A stretch of 64,000 bases of DNA from Thermoanaerobaculia bacterium (GCA_963664405.1 OY761158.1:4672001-4736000), one strand, 5' to 3'; shown: positions 51,819 to 62,344, numbered from the stretch's first letter. Notes: generated by a model from the sequence alone, not told the origin. Numbers and translations are program-made.

Positions 51819-53281
51819 TGCCAGGTCGACTGCAGCCGGCCCTCGTCTTGGCCGCTCTCTTGGCGCTCTGGCTATCGCCGCTTGGGGTGCTTGCAGGCGA
51901 TGAGGGCGGCAAGGCGTCTCTGGTTGCTTCGATCGATGAGAAGGCGGAAAGCTACTGGGAGGCGGCGTTGGATATCTGGCATTGGGCCGAGCCGGGGTAT
52001 CAGGAGGAGCGCTCCTCTCAGCGCCTCATCGGGCTCCTCGAGGCTGCCGAGTTCAAAGTCGAGCGCAACGTGGCAGGGATTCCGACGGCCTTCGTCGCCG
52101 AGTACGGCAGCGGCCGACCCGTCATCGGAGTGCTCGCTGAGTTCGATGCCCTGCCTGGGCTTAGCCAAAAGGCGCTTCCGACCCAAGAAGCGCGGGAAGA
52201 CACGAGTTGGGGACATGGTTGTGGCCATCATCTCTTTGGAGTCGCATCGACGGCTGCCGCAGTCGCCATCGCCGACAGGATTCGGCTGGGTGAGCTGTCG
52301 GGGACGGTGAGGCTCTATGGCACTCCCGCCGAGGAAGGTGGCGGTGCGAAAGTCTTCATGGTGAGAGCCGGTCTCTTCGACGATGTCGACGCTGTTTTGC
52401 ACTGGCACCCGGGTGACAGCAACGCGGCGGGGGACCCGAGCAATATGGCGCGCGTCGCCGCCAAGTTCCGTTTCCGTGGAAAGAGCTCGCATGCGGCAGC
52501 CGCCCCTGAAGAAGGGCGCTCCGCGCTCGATGCCGTCAATGTCATGGCCCATGCCGCCGAGCTGATGCGCGAGCACACTCCTGACATGAGCCGCATCCAC
52601 TACGTGATCACGGCCGGCGGGGACGCTCCCAACGTGGTGCCGAACTTTGCCGAGGTCTATTACTACGTGCGCCACCCCGACGCGGGGGTGGCTCAAGACC
52701 TCTACCGCCGACTCCTGCTCTGCGCTCGAGCCGGAGCCTTGGCGACCGAGACCGAGCTCGAGATCGAGTTTCTCGGAGGTGTGTACAACGTCCTGCCGAA
52801 CACCGAGCTGACTCGAGTCACCCTACGAAATCTGCGCGACCAGAAGCCGATCTCTTACACCGCCGACGAGACCGCCTTTGCCCACGAGCTCCAGCAGACT
52901 TTGGTCTCACCAAGGCCGCTCGCTACCGTTGGAGTGGTCTCCGACCGCAGCGGCATGGTCTCCAAGGGCTCGACCGATGTCGGCGATGTTTCATGGGTCG
53001 TGCCGACGACGGGTCTGCGTACCGCGACCTGGGTCCCGGGAACTCCTTCGCATTCGTGGCAGGCTACTGCGGCAGGCGGAACGACCCTGGGTCGCAAGGG
53101 TATGCTCCTTGCTGCCAGGTCCATCGCCGCTACCGCGTGGGATCTCTATCTCGACCCGGAGACGCTGAAAGCGGCTCGCCGTGAGCTCGACGAACGGCTC
53201 GGCAGGCAAGCCTACAAGGCGATGCTCGAAGACGGCCAGCCGCCGCCGCTGGAATATCGCAACCCTCCGAAAGCGAACTAA
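51818..53281 (+). CDS. M20 family amidohydrolase (AbgB-like) with signal peptide
   Basis: EFDALPG, GHGCGH, PAEEGG, HWHP, GSTDVGDVSW. Confidence 0.85.
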   Translation: MPGRLQPALVLAALLALWLSPLGVLAGDEGGKASLVASIDEKAESYWEAALDIWHWAEPGYQEERSSQRLIGLLEAAEFKVERNVAGIPTAFVAEYGSGRPVIGVLAEFDALPGLSQKALPTQEAREDTSWGHGCGHHLFGVASTAAAVAIADRIRLGELSGTVRLYGTPAEEGGGAKVFMVRAGLFDDVDAVLHWHPGDSNAAGDPSNMARVAAKFRFRGKSSHAAAAPEEGRSALDAVNVMAHAAELMREHTPDMSRIHYVITAGGDAPNVVPNFAEVYYYVRHPDAGVAQDLYRRLLLCARAGALATETELEIEFLGGVYNVLPNTELTRVTLRNLRDQKPISYTADETAFAHELQQTLVSPRPLATVGVVSDRSGMVSKGSTDVGDVSWVVPTTGLRTATWVPGTPSHSWQATAAGGTTLGRKGMLLAARSIAATAWDLYLDPETLKAARRELDERLGRQAYKAMLEDGQPPPLEYRNPPKAN

Positions 53282-55104
53282 GAGCCGCCCGGAGGAGAGA
53301 ACTCGAACGAGAGCTGCGCCCAGCTGCGTCCGGGTACGCCGTCTCGAGTCGCTGGCTGGAAGTCGGAGTTGTATGTCGCTTCCAACGCTGCCTTCTCGAA
53401 CAGGGGATCGGAGGCTTTCTCGACCTCAGCCTCGGCCACTTTGCCGGTCTCGTCGATGAGCACAGAAACCGTAACTGTGCCGGAGAGAAGACGATCGCCC
53501 GCCTCGGCCGGATAGTCGGGCTGGGGGACCCTGATCGCTCTGGCGCAGACCAGTCCACCTTGTCCACAGCCGAGGATGAATGGGACTGTCGGCTCATCGG
53601 CTGCGGTGTCCGCGGTGTCCGCGATCTGACCGGCACCGGGCTCGCTGCCTGCCGAATCCTCGTTGTCGGTCTCCGCGCTCGCCACGCCGGTCTCCGCGGT
53701 CACCGCCGGCGAAGCCTGGGCCTCATCGATTTCGATCGGCGCTGCGACCGCAGGACTCACCTCCGCTATGGGCGGCGGTGAATCGGTTTCTGGCTCCGCT
53801 GGGGCCACCGGCTCGGTCTCTGGGTTGATGTTGTCGGCAACTGTCGCAGCGCTTGCCTCCGGAGCGGCTCGGAGAGTTGCGTTCGGCGCAGCCTCTTCAA
53901 CCTCCGGGAGGGGGAGCAGAGGAGCGCTCTCTTCGACGATATCTCTTGCCTCAGCGGCTTGGTCTGGGACCGGTGCCTCGGTCAGTGGCGTGGCGTCTTC
54001 AGCGGGAGTGTCGGGGGCGGTGGCCTCGACGGCCGGTTCTGTCGCGGCTACCGTGGCGGCTCTGCTTGATGCTGCCCGCGGTTGTGGAGCCTGTGTGGTC
54101 TCGGTCGGGGTCAGCCCCTGGGCGCCGCCTTGGCGAACGAGCCAGAAGAACCCGCCACCGACGAGGAGCAGGGCTACGACCGCGACGATCGCGAGTATTG
54201 CCGCGACCGATTTGCGCTTGGCGCTCGGCTCGAGATCCGACGAGACGGCCTCGATGCGTGCTTTCAGCTCCTCGTAGGGCGCGCGGCTGCCGTAGTCTTC
54301 TCGCAGGCGCTCGGTTGCCTCTAGTGCTTCGTCGACAAAGCCGTTCTCTATCTGCGCTTCGATCGCGGCTGTGGCGATCAGCACGCTGTCCTGCCGCTGG
54401 TGATCCTCCTCGATCGATCGAGCTTCCTCGACGCTGCGATGGAGGTCGACCAGTGCCGGGTCTCCGGCGAAGGCGCTCTCGAGGGCGGCCAGACTCTCCG
54501 CGGCTTCGTCGACTTGGTCGCCTTGCAGCAGCTCGTTGATCTGCTCTACTCCAGCGCTGAGCCTTTCGTCCACGGGCGGCGTTTGCAGCTCGACGATGCG
54601 CCCACGCAGCTCCTCCGAGGGAGCTGCAGCACCGAAGCGCTCTTCCATCGCCTCGACACCCGACAATGCTTCGTTGAGCTGATCCGCCTCGATCAGCTCT
54701 TCAATCGCCGCCGCCGCTTCGGCGATGGCCCGTCTTGTCTCGGTGCGGCTGGCGTCGTCGCTCGAGAGGCGTCGATACGAGCGAAGCAGATTCTGAGCTG
54801 TCGCGTTCTCGGGATCGAGGCGGAGGGCGTCTTCGACTGTCTCCGCGGCGCCTTCATAACGCCCGTGGGCGGCGAGGGCGACCGCTTGATCGAGGATCAT
54901 CTCGAGCACCTGCGCGTCGCCGCCGGGGCGGTTCTCCGAAGTTCCACCCGGCTGCGCAAGCGTCTCCTCGAGCGACAGAGACGAGCCTATCGAGCCATCT
55001 CCTTCTCTATTCACGACTTCACTTCCCAAACCAGAGCTCTCATTTGCTGCACGACCCTCCTTCGAGTGCCGACCTCGATCATCTGGGAGCTCCCAAACAG
55101 CCAA
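53278..55104 (-). CDS. TonB-family protein with long helical/TPR-like N-terminus
   Basis: Helical repeats, one TM helix, Pro/Ala/Glu-rich linker, TonB_C (P.YP..A....SG.V.V.V.IDETG.V...F.PA..DG.P). Confidence 0.72.
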   Translation of the reverse strand: MAVWELPDDRGRHSKEGRAANESSGLGSEVVNREGDGSIGSSLSLEETLAQPGGTSENRPGGDAQVLEMILDQAVALAAHGRYEGAAETVEDALRLDPENATAQNLLRSYRRLSSDDASRTETRRAIAEAAAAIEELIEADQLNEALSGVEAMEERFGAAAPSEELRGRIVELQTPPVDERLSAGVEQINELLQGDQVDEAAESLAALESAFAGDPALVDLHRSVEEARSIEEDHQRQDSVLIATAAIEAQIENGFVDEALEATERLREDYGSRAPYEELKARIEAVSSDLEPSAKRKSVAAILAIVAVVALLLVGGGFFWLVRQGGAQGLTPTETTQAPQPRAASSRAATVAATEPAVEATAPDTPAEDATPLTEAPVPDQAAEARDIVEESAPLLPLPEVEEAAPNATLRAAPEASAATVADNINPETEPVAPAEPETDSPPPIAEVSPAVAAPIEIDEAQASPAVTAETGVASAETDNEDSAGSEPGAGQIADTADTAADEPTVPFILGCGQGGLVCARAIRVPQPDYPAEAGDRLLSGTVTVSVLIDETGKVAEAEVEKASDPLFEKAALEATYNSDFQPATRDGVPGRSWAQLSFEFSPPGGS

Positions 55105-55361
55105 AACCCGAGGATACAGGAGAATTGGCTCTGAAGCTAGCCTTTATTGCATTTGTAAGTTTGTCTATATGTCCGGGGCGGGGGGCAGCGCAGGCGCGAC
55201 TAGGCCAGCGTTTCCAGAGTTCGTGCTGCATAGCTCGAGGTCATTCTGTTCGCTGGCTAGGCGCGCTGACGCAGGCATATTGGGCAATATGTCGAGGAGG
55301 AGAAACGACGCCAGCGGGCAGAAGGGCCCGAGATATGTGCGCGAACTTTGGAAACGCTGGT

Positions 55362-55667
55362 CTAGAAGATCCAAGCGAGGGTGTGGAAACCGAGCCACAT
55401 CACTGCAGCGAGGACACAGAGGACTGAGCAGATGACGGCGACGACCACGAGGGCTGGGATGGCGAGGACGGCGACCGGCACCGCAAAGAGCGTAAGTGGA
55501 ATCAAGACAAGTAGGGCGAGAGCCCCGACCAGGAGGCCTCCGGCCAGCTTGAGTGGGATCACAACGATCTTGAACAGCAGCTTGAGGAGCAGCGCGACTA
55601 CGCTCAGCGCCAGTACCAGCACCACTATGCCGAAGAAGAAGGCGAAGAAAGTGAGGATCTCGAACAC
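55362..55667 (-). CDS. Small hydrophobic membrane protein
   Basis: 101 aa, almost entirely hydrophobic. Confidence 0.55.
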   Translation of the reverse strand: MFEILTFFAFFFGIVVLVLALSVVALLLKLLFKIVVIPLKLAGGLLVGALALLVLIPLTLFAVPVAVLAIPALVVVAVICSVLCVLAAVMWLGFHTLAWIF

Positions 55668-55709
55668 GTTGCTCTCTACCCACGACTACGAGAGGAGGAC
55701 TCTCGAGTT

Positions 55710-56297
55710 TCAGAGAGGGGAGCCTGCGCGGAAACAACGGGTAGTGTGATCGTTGACCATGCCGACCGCCTGCATGAAGGCGTAGCAGATGGTCGTGCCG
55801 ACGAAGGTGAAGTCTCGCTTCTTCAAGTCCTTGGAGAGAGCGTCAGACAACGGTGTATGGGCCGGGATGTCTCCCAACCGCTTCCAGCGGTTGAGGATGG
55901 GCTCGCCGTCGACAAACTGCCATAGATAGGTATCGAAGCTACCCTTCTCTTCTTGGACCGCTAGGAACGCTTTGGCGTTTCTGACGGATGCCGCGACTTT
56001 CAATCGGTTTCGTACGATCCCTGGATCCTCGAGCAGGCGCGAAGTCTTCTCTTGCCCATAGCGCGCGACCTTCTCGGGGTCGAAACCGTCGTAGACCCGC
56101 CGATAGTGGGCACGCTTGTTGAGGATGGTCGACCACGACAGTCCAGCCTGTGCCCCCTCGAGGATCAGAAATTCGAATAGCGTGTGCTCGTCGTGAACCG
56201 GATTGCCCCACTCTTCGTCGTGGTAGGCGATCATGCGGGGGTCTTCACCGGCCCACTCGCAGCGGTTCTCTTGTGAATCCTTGCTCTTTTCGGACAT
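55710..56297 (-). CDS. tag: DNA-3-methyladenine glycosylase I
   Basis: RCEW...YHDEEWG, LEGAQAGLSW..IL.KR, IVRNRLK, YAFMQA.G.VNDH...C. Confidence 0.95.
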   Translation of the reverse strand: MSEKSKDSQENRCEWAGEDPRMIAYHDEEWGNPVHDEHTLFEFLILEGAQAGLSWSTILNKRAHYRRVYDGFDPEKVARYGQEKTSRLLEDPGIVRNRLKVAASVRNAKAFLAVQEEKGSFDTYLWQFVDGEPILNRWKRLGDIPAHTPLSDALSKDLKKRDFTFVGTTICYAFMQAVGMVNDHTTRCFRAGSPL

Positions 56298-56317
56298 GGT
56301 CGCGGCAGCTTGTCGGA

Positions 56318-57184
56318 TCACCCTTGCGAGCGACCGGTCTCGAACAACTCAACGGCGGTGTCGGCCGCTTGCTCGAAGAAGGCCGCTATCGCGCTTTGCT
56401 GGTCGGTCGCTCTCAGCAGCTCTGATACCGGTGCAATCGCCCCGAACCAGGGAGTTTCCTGCCACCTACCGATTTGGAGGTCACTCGGGAGCCCCTCATG
56501 CTCGGGTGTCGGCCAAGGAGACACATACCAGTACGCCTCGGGCACCGCCGCATCGCCGGGAGACAGTCCCAAGTTCATGGACTGGCCGCTGCCGTCGTTG
56601 GAGACCGTGACCAGGGTGGCGATGTCGAAGTGATGCGGCCAGACCCGTAATTCGGAGGACGGCAGGTCCGAAGACACTCTCCAAGCCTCCAGCACCGAGG
56701 CCGTGTCGACGTATGCGTTCGCCAGCGTCTGCAGCAGGCTCGCCTGGGGTCGGCGAAACGGCTGTCCATTGGCGATCTCGTGTGCTGGGAAGTCCGGGTA
56801 GCCCCGACGAGGAATGCTAATTGCGGAGCCGCGATCGACCCTGAATACCTCGCTGAGCCATTGCAGCCCATCGGAGCAGGAAACTCCGTCCAAGGAAAGG
56901 CTGGTGATCGGCTGTTGCGAATCGTCGATCAGAAGGAGCTCGAAGGTGGGTATCCGGATCCCGATGCGCACACCTGTCTCACGACCCTCGATGGGGCCGG
57001 TGAGCAAGGTCTCCGAGGCCGCATCAAAGCTCAGCGCCGTATGACTGTCGTCGTCGGTGGCCGGCAGCAGCGTGCTCGCAGCCGACGCGGGAAGCTGAGC
57101 GGCGTAGTGCAACTGAAGACGTGCTTCGACATAGCTATCCAGCTCAACCGGATTCAGCCTTCGCCAGAGCTCGCTTTTCGACAT
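56318..57184 (-). CDS. Hypothetical protein (DUF5996-like)
   Basis: ARLQLHYAAQ, DDSHT, VWPHHFD, G.SPGD....Y.YVSPWP. Confidence 0.6.
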   Translation of the reverse strand: MSKSELWRRLNPVELDSYVEARLQLHYAAQLPASAASTLLPATDDDSHTALSFDAASETLLTGPIEGRETGVRIGIRIPTFELLLIDDSQQPITSLSLDGVSCSDGLQWLSEVFRVDRGSAISIPRRGYPDFPAHEIANGQPFRRPQASLLQTLANAYVDTASVLEAWRVSSDLPSSELRVWPHHFDIATLVTVSNDGSGQSMNLGLSPGDAAVPEAYWYVSPWPTPEHEGLPSDLQIGRWQETPWFGAIAPVSELLRATDQQSAIAAFFEQAADTAVELFETGRSQG

Positions 57185-58026
57185 CACTGATTCAGAGCGG
57201 GTTCCCACAGCCGGACCCAGCCCGTTTCCACTTCGAGGTCCGCCGTCTCGTACCCGGGCTCGCCCGGTAACAGCACTCTGTACTCTCCCTCGGGATCGTC
57301 GACCCTGACCCGCTTGTATTCGAGCCGCTGTCTGGCCACCGCCATGACCTGCTCCGCCGATTCGAAGCGAGACAGGCACGAGATCATCCGCACCGTCGGC
57401 GATAGCATCGCCATCTCGTTCGCGGCCCATCGGTCGAGGGCATTCTGTGGCCGCACCCACTCCCAGTTGACGATCTCGTTTTGATCGTGACTCGGCTCCT
57501 GGCCCAGCGGAGCCAGCGCGACGAGGAATCGGGCGTCGAAGCGGCGAGGTGGTCCCAGAGGGGTAATGAACCTCGCGACTTCCTCGATCGCCGTCACGTC
57601 GAGCGAGAGGCCTCGCTCCAACAGCAGGTCGGCGAAAATCGATTCGTCCTGCTGAACCCGCTCTCGCAGCTGATCGACAACGGCGCTCTCGATCGCCCCT
57701 CCTGCGGCCAAGAGCAGCCCCGCCTCTTCCAAGGTCTCTCTGCAGGCCGCGATCCACCAGGCGAGTCCACCTCGCTCGACGTCCAAGATCCGAGAGGCCT
57801 CTGCGTCGGTCAGCCCCTGACAGATGGTCTCGAAGTCGTCGAGATGGTCCGTTGGATCGACTCTTCCCCCTGGGAACACCCAGCTGTCGGGTGCGAACAC
57901 CATCCGTGCCGTGCGATGAACCATGAGTACATGGAGGTCGGGCCGGTCTTCCACCAGGATAACCGTCGCGGCGGGGCGGATGGGAACGGTTGTCGGATCG
58001 AAGTCCGTCTTGTCTGTAGCGTTCAC
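57184..58026 (-). CDS. NUDIX hydrolase (NUDT19-like)
   Basis: RPAATV, VFPGGRVD, RETLEEAG, ITP.G.PRRFDARF. Confidence 0.85.
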   Translation of the reverse strand: MNATDKTDFDPTTVPIRPAATVILVEDRPDLHVLMVHRTARMVFAPDSWVFPGGRVDPTDHLDDFETICQGLTDAEASRILDVERGGLAWWIAACRETLEEAGLLLAAGGAIESAVVDQLRERVQQDESIFADLLLERGLSLDVTAIEEVARFITPLGPPRRFDARFLVALAPLGQEPSHDQNEIVNWEWVRPQNALDRWAANEMAMLSPTVRMISCLSRFESAEQVMAVARQRLEYKRVRVDDPEGEYRVLLPGEPGYETADLEVETGWVRLWEPALNQ

Positions 58027-58033
58027 GAGCTGT

Positions 58034-60100
58034 TCAGGGCAGGCGGTATGCAACCACTTCCGCGGGAGCGTCACCGCCGCCGACTCCGAGTACGAGGTAT
58101 TGCTTGCCGCGGTGCATGTAGGTGATCGGGCTGCTGTTCGGATCCGATTGGAGCTCGTGACGCCAGACCACGGCCCCCGTGTCTTTGTCGATCGCACGAA
58201 TGGCCGCTGGGTCGCCGACAATCGTTTCGATCGTAGGCTCTTCGAGCATCTCTTGTATGGAACCTTCTTCGGCCCGGGGGTCCTCGGAGAAGAGGAGGTC
58301 GAACGAGCGCCCGCCGCGCCCTTGAGAGCGCCCGCGGCCCGAGGTGACGAACAACAGCGTCTTGGTTACGAGGACGTGGTTGCGTCCACCGGAGCCGAGT
58401 GGGCCGAGACCGAGATGACGGATCTCGGGGTGGCTCCGTGGTCCGTTGCCGATCGGAATCACCCAGTCGATCTCGCCACGATTCAGGTCATAGGCGGTGA
58501 CTCTCGAATACGGCGGTTTGACGAGCGGCAGGCCACGAGGGCCGGGAACGCTGGTCTGGATCGATCCGATGAAGTCGAAGGACGACCTTCCGGGGTCGGG
58601 CTTCTTGAGTGTCATCAAGATCGGCGAAGTGAACGAGGGCAGATAGAGCCGTCCGGTTTCGGGATCGAAGGCGGCGCCGGGCCAGCTCGCGCCACCTCCC
58701 CAGTTCGGTAGCTGAAGCGTGCCTCGCTCGCTCGGGGGCGTATACAGCGGCCCGTAGTGGTACTGCTGCATGATCGCCATCGCTTCGGCGTGCAGCTCGG
58801 GCGTGAAGTCGATGAGCTGCTCGGCGCTCATGCCTTGGCGCTCGAAGGGCGGTGGCTTGGTGGGAAAGGGTTGGGTGGGGGAAGTGCGCTCCCCAGGTAC
58901 GCCGGATTGCGGCACCGGGCGCTCTTCGATGGGCCATACCGGCTCGCCGGTGGCGCGGTCGAGGACGTAGAGAAATCCCTGCTTCGACGGTTGAGCCGCG
59001 GCCTTGATCGGCTTTCCGTCGACATTGATGTCGACAAGGATTGGGGGCGTCGGAAGATCGTAGTCCCAGAGCCCATGGTGGATCGCCTGAAAGTGCCACC
59101 TTCGCTCGCCGGTCTCACAGTCGAGGGCCACCAGAGACTCGGCGAAGAGGTTGTCGCCGGGACGGTGGCCGCCGTACCAGTCGTTGGTCGGCGTGCCGAA
59201 GGGGAGGTAGACCAGACCGAGCTCCTCGTCGGCGCTCATCAAGGTCCAGACGTTGGTATTGCCGTGGTCCTTCCAGGAGTCGTGCTCCCAGGTGTCGTTG
59301 CCGAGCTCGCCGGGCTGCGCTATCGAGTGGAAAGTCCACCTGTGCTCGCCGGTGCGCGCGTCGAAGCCACGGATGTCCCCAGGAGGAGCTTTCGGGTGGG
59401 TCGGTCCATCGGAGATCGACGAGCCGACGATCACGACGTCGCGGCAGACCGTGGTCGGCGAGCTCACGGTGTATTTCCGTCGGTTGATCTCGCGTCGCAA
59501 GCCCTTGGTCAGGTCCACCGCGCCGTCGTCGCCCCAATCTCCGACCGGCTCCCCGGTCACGGCGTCGACGGCGCGGAGGAAGGAGTCGGGTGAAGCGTAG
59601 AAGAGCTGTGGCGCTCTTCGCTCGTCTTTCGAGTCGACCCAATAGGCGGCGCCACGATGGACGAAGCCGAGGTTGGTGGGGCGGCCGTACTGGTAGCTCT
59701 CCGGGTCGTAGCTCCAGAGTGATTTGCCGGTCGTCGCGTCAATAGCGGCGATCTGGCCGTAGCCGGTCGAGACGAAGAGCCTGTCGCCGATCTTGAGCGG
59801 AATGCTCTGGTTGCTTCCTGGCGCCATGCGCCGACTCTGGAGGCGCTCGTCCTGGGCTCTGAGCTCATTGTCCGGCGAGTCGAAACGCCAGGCGACCGCG
59901 AGCTCAGCAACGTTGTCAGCGTGAATCTGGTCGAGAGGGGAGTAGCGGTGCGCCGCTTTGTTGCCGGTCACCACCGGCCAGTCGGTGGATTGGCCGGTGA
60001 CAGGCTCGACCTTCCCGAACAGCAGCGCCGCGACTAGCAAGGCGTATCTTCCGGTCCTTAAGGTCGCCTGGACCCTCGCGGCTCTGCTTGAAGACTCCAT
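58034..60100 (-). CDS. PQQ-dependent glucose/quinate dehydrogenase-like quinoprotein
   Basis: RYSPL.QI...NV..L..AW, WTLMSADEELG.VYLP, WHFQ..HH.LWDYD, KPPYSR.TA.DL. Confidence 0.88.
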   Translation of the reverse strand: MESSSRAARVQATLRTGRYALLVAALLFGKVEPVTGQSTDWPVVTGNKAAHRYSPLDQIHADNVAELAVAWRFDSPDNELRAQDERLQSRRMAPGSNQSIPLKIGDRLFVSTGYGQIAAIDATTGKSLWSYDPESYQYGRPTNLGFVHRGAAYWVDSKDERRAPQLFYASPDSFLRAVDAVTGEPVGDWGDDGAVDLTKGLRREINRRKYTVSSPTTVCRDVVIVGSSISDGPTHPKAPPGDIRGFDARTGEHRWTFHSIAQPGELGNDTWEHDSWKDHGNTNVWTLMSADEELGLVYLPFGTPTNDWYGGHRPGDNLFAESLVALDCETGERRWHFQAIHHGLWDYDLPTPPILVDINVDGKPIKAAAQPSKQGFLYVLDRATGEPVWPIEERPVPQSGVPGERTSPTQPFPTKPPPFERQGMSAEQLIDFTPELHAEAMAIMQQYHYGPLYTPPSERGTLQLPNWGGGASWPGAAFDPETGRLYLPSFTSPILMTLKKPDPGRSSFDFIGSIQTSVPGPRGLPLVKPPYSRVTAYDLNRGEIDWVIPIGNGPRSHPEIRHLGLGPLGSGGRNHVLVTKTLLFVTSGRGRSQGRGGRSFDLLFSEDPRAEEGSIQEMLEEPTIETIVGDPAAIRAIDKDTGAVVWRHELQSDPNSSPITYMHRGKQYLVLGVGGGDAPAEVVAYRLP

Positions 60101-60123
60101 TGCGTACCAGTCTCGACGTTGAG

Positions 60124-60735
60124 CTAGGCGACCCAGTGCAGCTCAGAGCGTCCTCCGGAGCGAGTCTCGAACTCCCTTGGCATTTCGGGGTCGCTCCAGC
60201 GCGAGGCGCTCGGGGCCAGGTCTATTCTGCGAGCGCCGAGGGTCAGCCCCATGGCGGCGTTATTCATCGTCACCTGCTCTCCAGCCTCGTTCTTCAAGAG
60301 CCCCGATCTCACGCTGCCATAATCTGCGATGTCGATTACGACGTCGTCTCCGTCCTCCCGGGCCTCCATCGTCGCTGTCACGGTGGGCAGCCACTTGGAG
60401 ATCAAGGAGGCGAGGATGGCCATCGGTCCACCGCTGTGGGCCTGGAGTAGCGACTCGATGGCCGCGACCTGCTCAGAGCTGACACCGTCTTCGATGTAGA
60501 TGCGGGCGGTTCCGTTGCCGTCGAAGAGTGTCGGCCCGGGGAAGTCGAAGCCGAGAATGGCCGTTCGCCCGCCGAGGTCCACCCCTTCGGCGGAGCCCTC
60601 TAGAAATCGGAGTGCCATCACCGTGCCGCACCACCCCTGATCCATCACCATCAGCTCGCGGACGCCGTACCAGCAGGGGCACATCATGTTGCAGCTGCAG
60701 GTCTCGATCATCTCGATTTTCAAATCCATGGCCAT
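60124..60735 (-). CDS. DUF1326-family protein
   Basis: ETCSC...CPCW.G...G.C, G..GGP. Confidence 0.8.
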   Translation of the reverse strand: MAMDLKIEMIETCSCNMMCPCWYGVRELMVMDQGWCGTVMALRFLEGSAEGVDLGGRTAILGFDFPGPTLFDGNGTARIYIEDGVSSEQVAAIESLLQAHSGGPMAILASLISKWLPTVTATMEAREDGDDVVIDIADYGSVRSGLLKNEAGEQVTMNNAAMGLTLGARRIDLAPSASRWSDPEMPREFETRSGGRSELHWVA

Positions 60736-60835
60736 GCCGCGCCTCCCTGAGAGTCTCGCCCGACGCTACCAGACTCGACGGACAGCGAAGGCGGCCTTGG
60801 TAGAGTCTGATCTCTTATCTTTAGGGGACTTCAGA

Positions 60836-61501
60836 GTGAACGTCAGCGAATTCATTGCCATGGCGACGAAGGGAGACGAAGCGGAGGCTCGAGCCGCGCT
60901 CGAGCAGGCTCCTGGGTTGGCGGCCGCTCGAGACCAGAACGGGGTGTCGGTCATCGGCCTGGCCGTCTACTCGGGACGGGCGGGCCTGGCTGCCGAGATC
61001 GCTGCCTCGCGTTCAGATCTCGACATCTTCGAAGCGCCCTGCGTCGGTGATGCCGAAAGGGCGCTTGCCCTGGTCGGGGGCGAGCCCGAGCTGGTCAACG
61101 CGGTGTCGCCGGATGGCTTCAGCCCACTCGGATTCTCGGCCTTCTTCGGTCATGCCGATCTTCTGGTCTCACTCATCGGCCTTGGCGCCGATGTCGATAC
61201 GCCGGCCCGCAACGGGCTGAAAGTCCGCCCTCTCCACAGCGCTGTCGCCAACTCCGATCCGGACAAGGCCAGCGCGATGGCCCGCTCTCTCCTGGCCGCC
61301 GGTGCGGCTCCAAACGCGAAGCAGCAAGGCGGCTTCACACCGCTCCAGGCCGCCGCGCTTCACGGCAATCTCGATCTGGTCCGGCTCCTCCTGGAGAACG
61401 GGGCCGATCCGGGCCTGGTCAATGAAAGCGGAGCTACCGCCGTCGATCTGGCCGAGTCCGGGGGGCACTCCGAGGTGGCCCGGCTCCTCCGGAGTTCCTA
61501 G
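60836..61501 (+). CDS. Ankyrin repeat protein
   Basis: DGFSPLG.SAFFG, PLHSAVA, GFTPLQAAA.HG...LLLENGADP. Confidence 0.88.
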   Translation: MNVSEFIAMATKGDEAEARAALEQAPGLAAARDQNGVSVIGLAVYSGRAGLAAEIAASRSDLDIFEAPCVGDAERALALVGGEPELVNAVSPDGFSPLGFSAFFGHADLLVSLIGLGADVDTPARNGLKVRPLHSAVANSDPDKASAMARSLLAAGAAPNAKQQGGFTPLQAAALHGNLDLVRLLLENGADPGLVNESGATAVDLAESGGHSEVARLLRSS

Positions 61502-61791
61502 GAGCCTGTCCGAGTCTTCGTCCTGACCGTTTCCCGGAGCGAATAGGAAGCAACGCCCGAGTGCGCCGTCCTCGGCGCCAAAGGGCAACTAGTACACGCG
61601 GCCATAAATACGGACACGTTTGGAGCGACGCTGCATCCTCTCCAGCAGCGTTGCGCTCCCTGCGGCGTACTGCCAGGTACGCCTCAGTCACGCGCCTTGC
61701 TGGCGAGGCGCTTCGCCGCTCGAAACGTACCCGTACTTATGGCCGCATGTACTAGCCGCAGGAAATGATAACAATCATTTCTGGAGGCTAG
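61498..61791 (+). repeat. Full-length family-A repeat interrupted by a family-B element; both terminal CTAGs are stop codons of the convergent flanking genes
   Basis: Matches 62345-62477 once 61593-61755 is removed. Confidence 0.85.
61593..61751. mobile_element. 159-bp MITE-like element (family B), nested insertion with CTAG target duplication
   Basis: 35-bp terminal inverted repeat (30/35); CTAG at 61589-92 and 61752-55. Confidence 0.85.
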
Positions 61792-62291
61792 CTCAGCAGC
61801 GCCAGGAAGCGCTCTCTCCGCTCCTCATTGCCGTCCTCGACGACCGCCTGCTCCTCGAGTCGACGGATCCAGGCCGGCGGTAGGCGGCCCTGTCGGGCTC
61901 CCGCCGTGACGATGTCGCGATACCAGTCGAAGGGAACCAGTGCCGGGTCGACGGCGTTCGGCTTGGCGATGTAGGTCTCGGCTTGGAGATTCTGGGTCTC
62001 GGCCCTCAGAGTCACGACCCGACGCCGATAGCCGCTGCCCTCCGAACGATCGAGCTGCTCGAGCTCACCGGAAGAGATCTGCCACACCAGGCCCCAGACG
62101 AGGTCGGCGTCCGCCCCCGTTTGGTGGAGGTCGCACTTGCCCGAGCCGTCCGCCCCTCGTTTGTGGAACCTGAGTGCGTAGCCGCGGGCGATGGCCGCCG
62201 AGACCAACTCGGCCGAGGGCGCACGATCGCCGGCCTGCAAGCGCGAGCGCAGTAGGTTCGAGCCGTAGGCGAAGTAGAGCCGGCCGTCCAT
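61788..62291 (-). CDS. Gamma-glutamylcyclotransferase family protein
   Basis: YFAYGSNL, L.FHK...DGSGKC, LDRSEG..Y. Confidence 0.88.
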   Translation of the reverse strand: MDGRLYFAYGSNLLRSRLQAGDRAPSAELVSAAIARGYALRFHKRGADGSGKCDLHQTGADADLVWGLVWQISSGELEQLDRSEGSGYRRRVVTLRAETQNLQAETYIAKPNAVDPALVPFDWYRDIVTAGARQGRLPPAWIRRLEEQAVVEDGNEERRERFLALLS

Positions 62292-62344
62292 GGCACCCCA
62301 GAAAACTTGACTCAGACGTCACGAGTGCGAGCTATTAGAGATAC

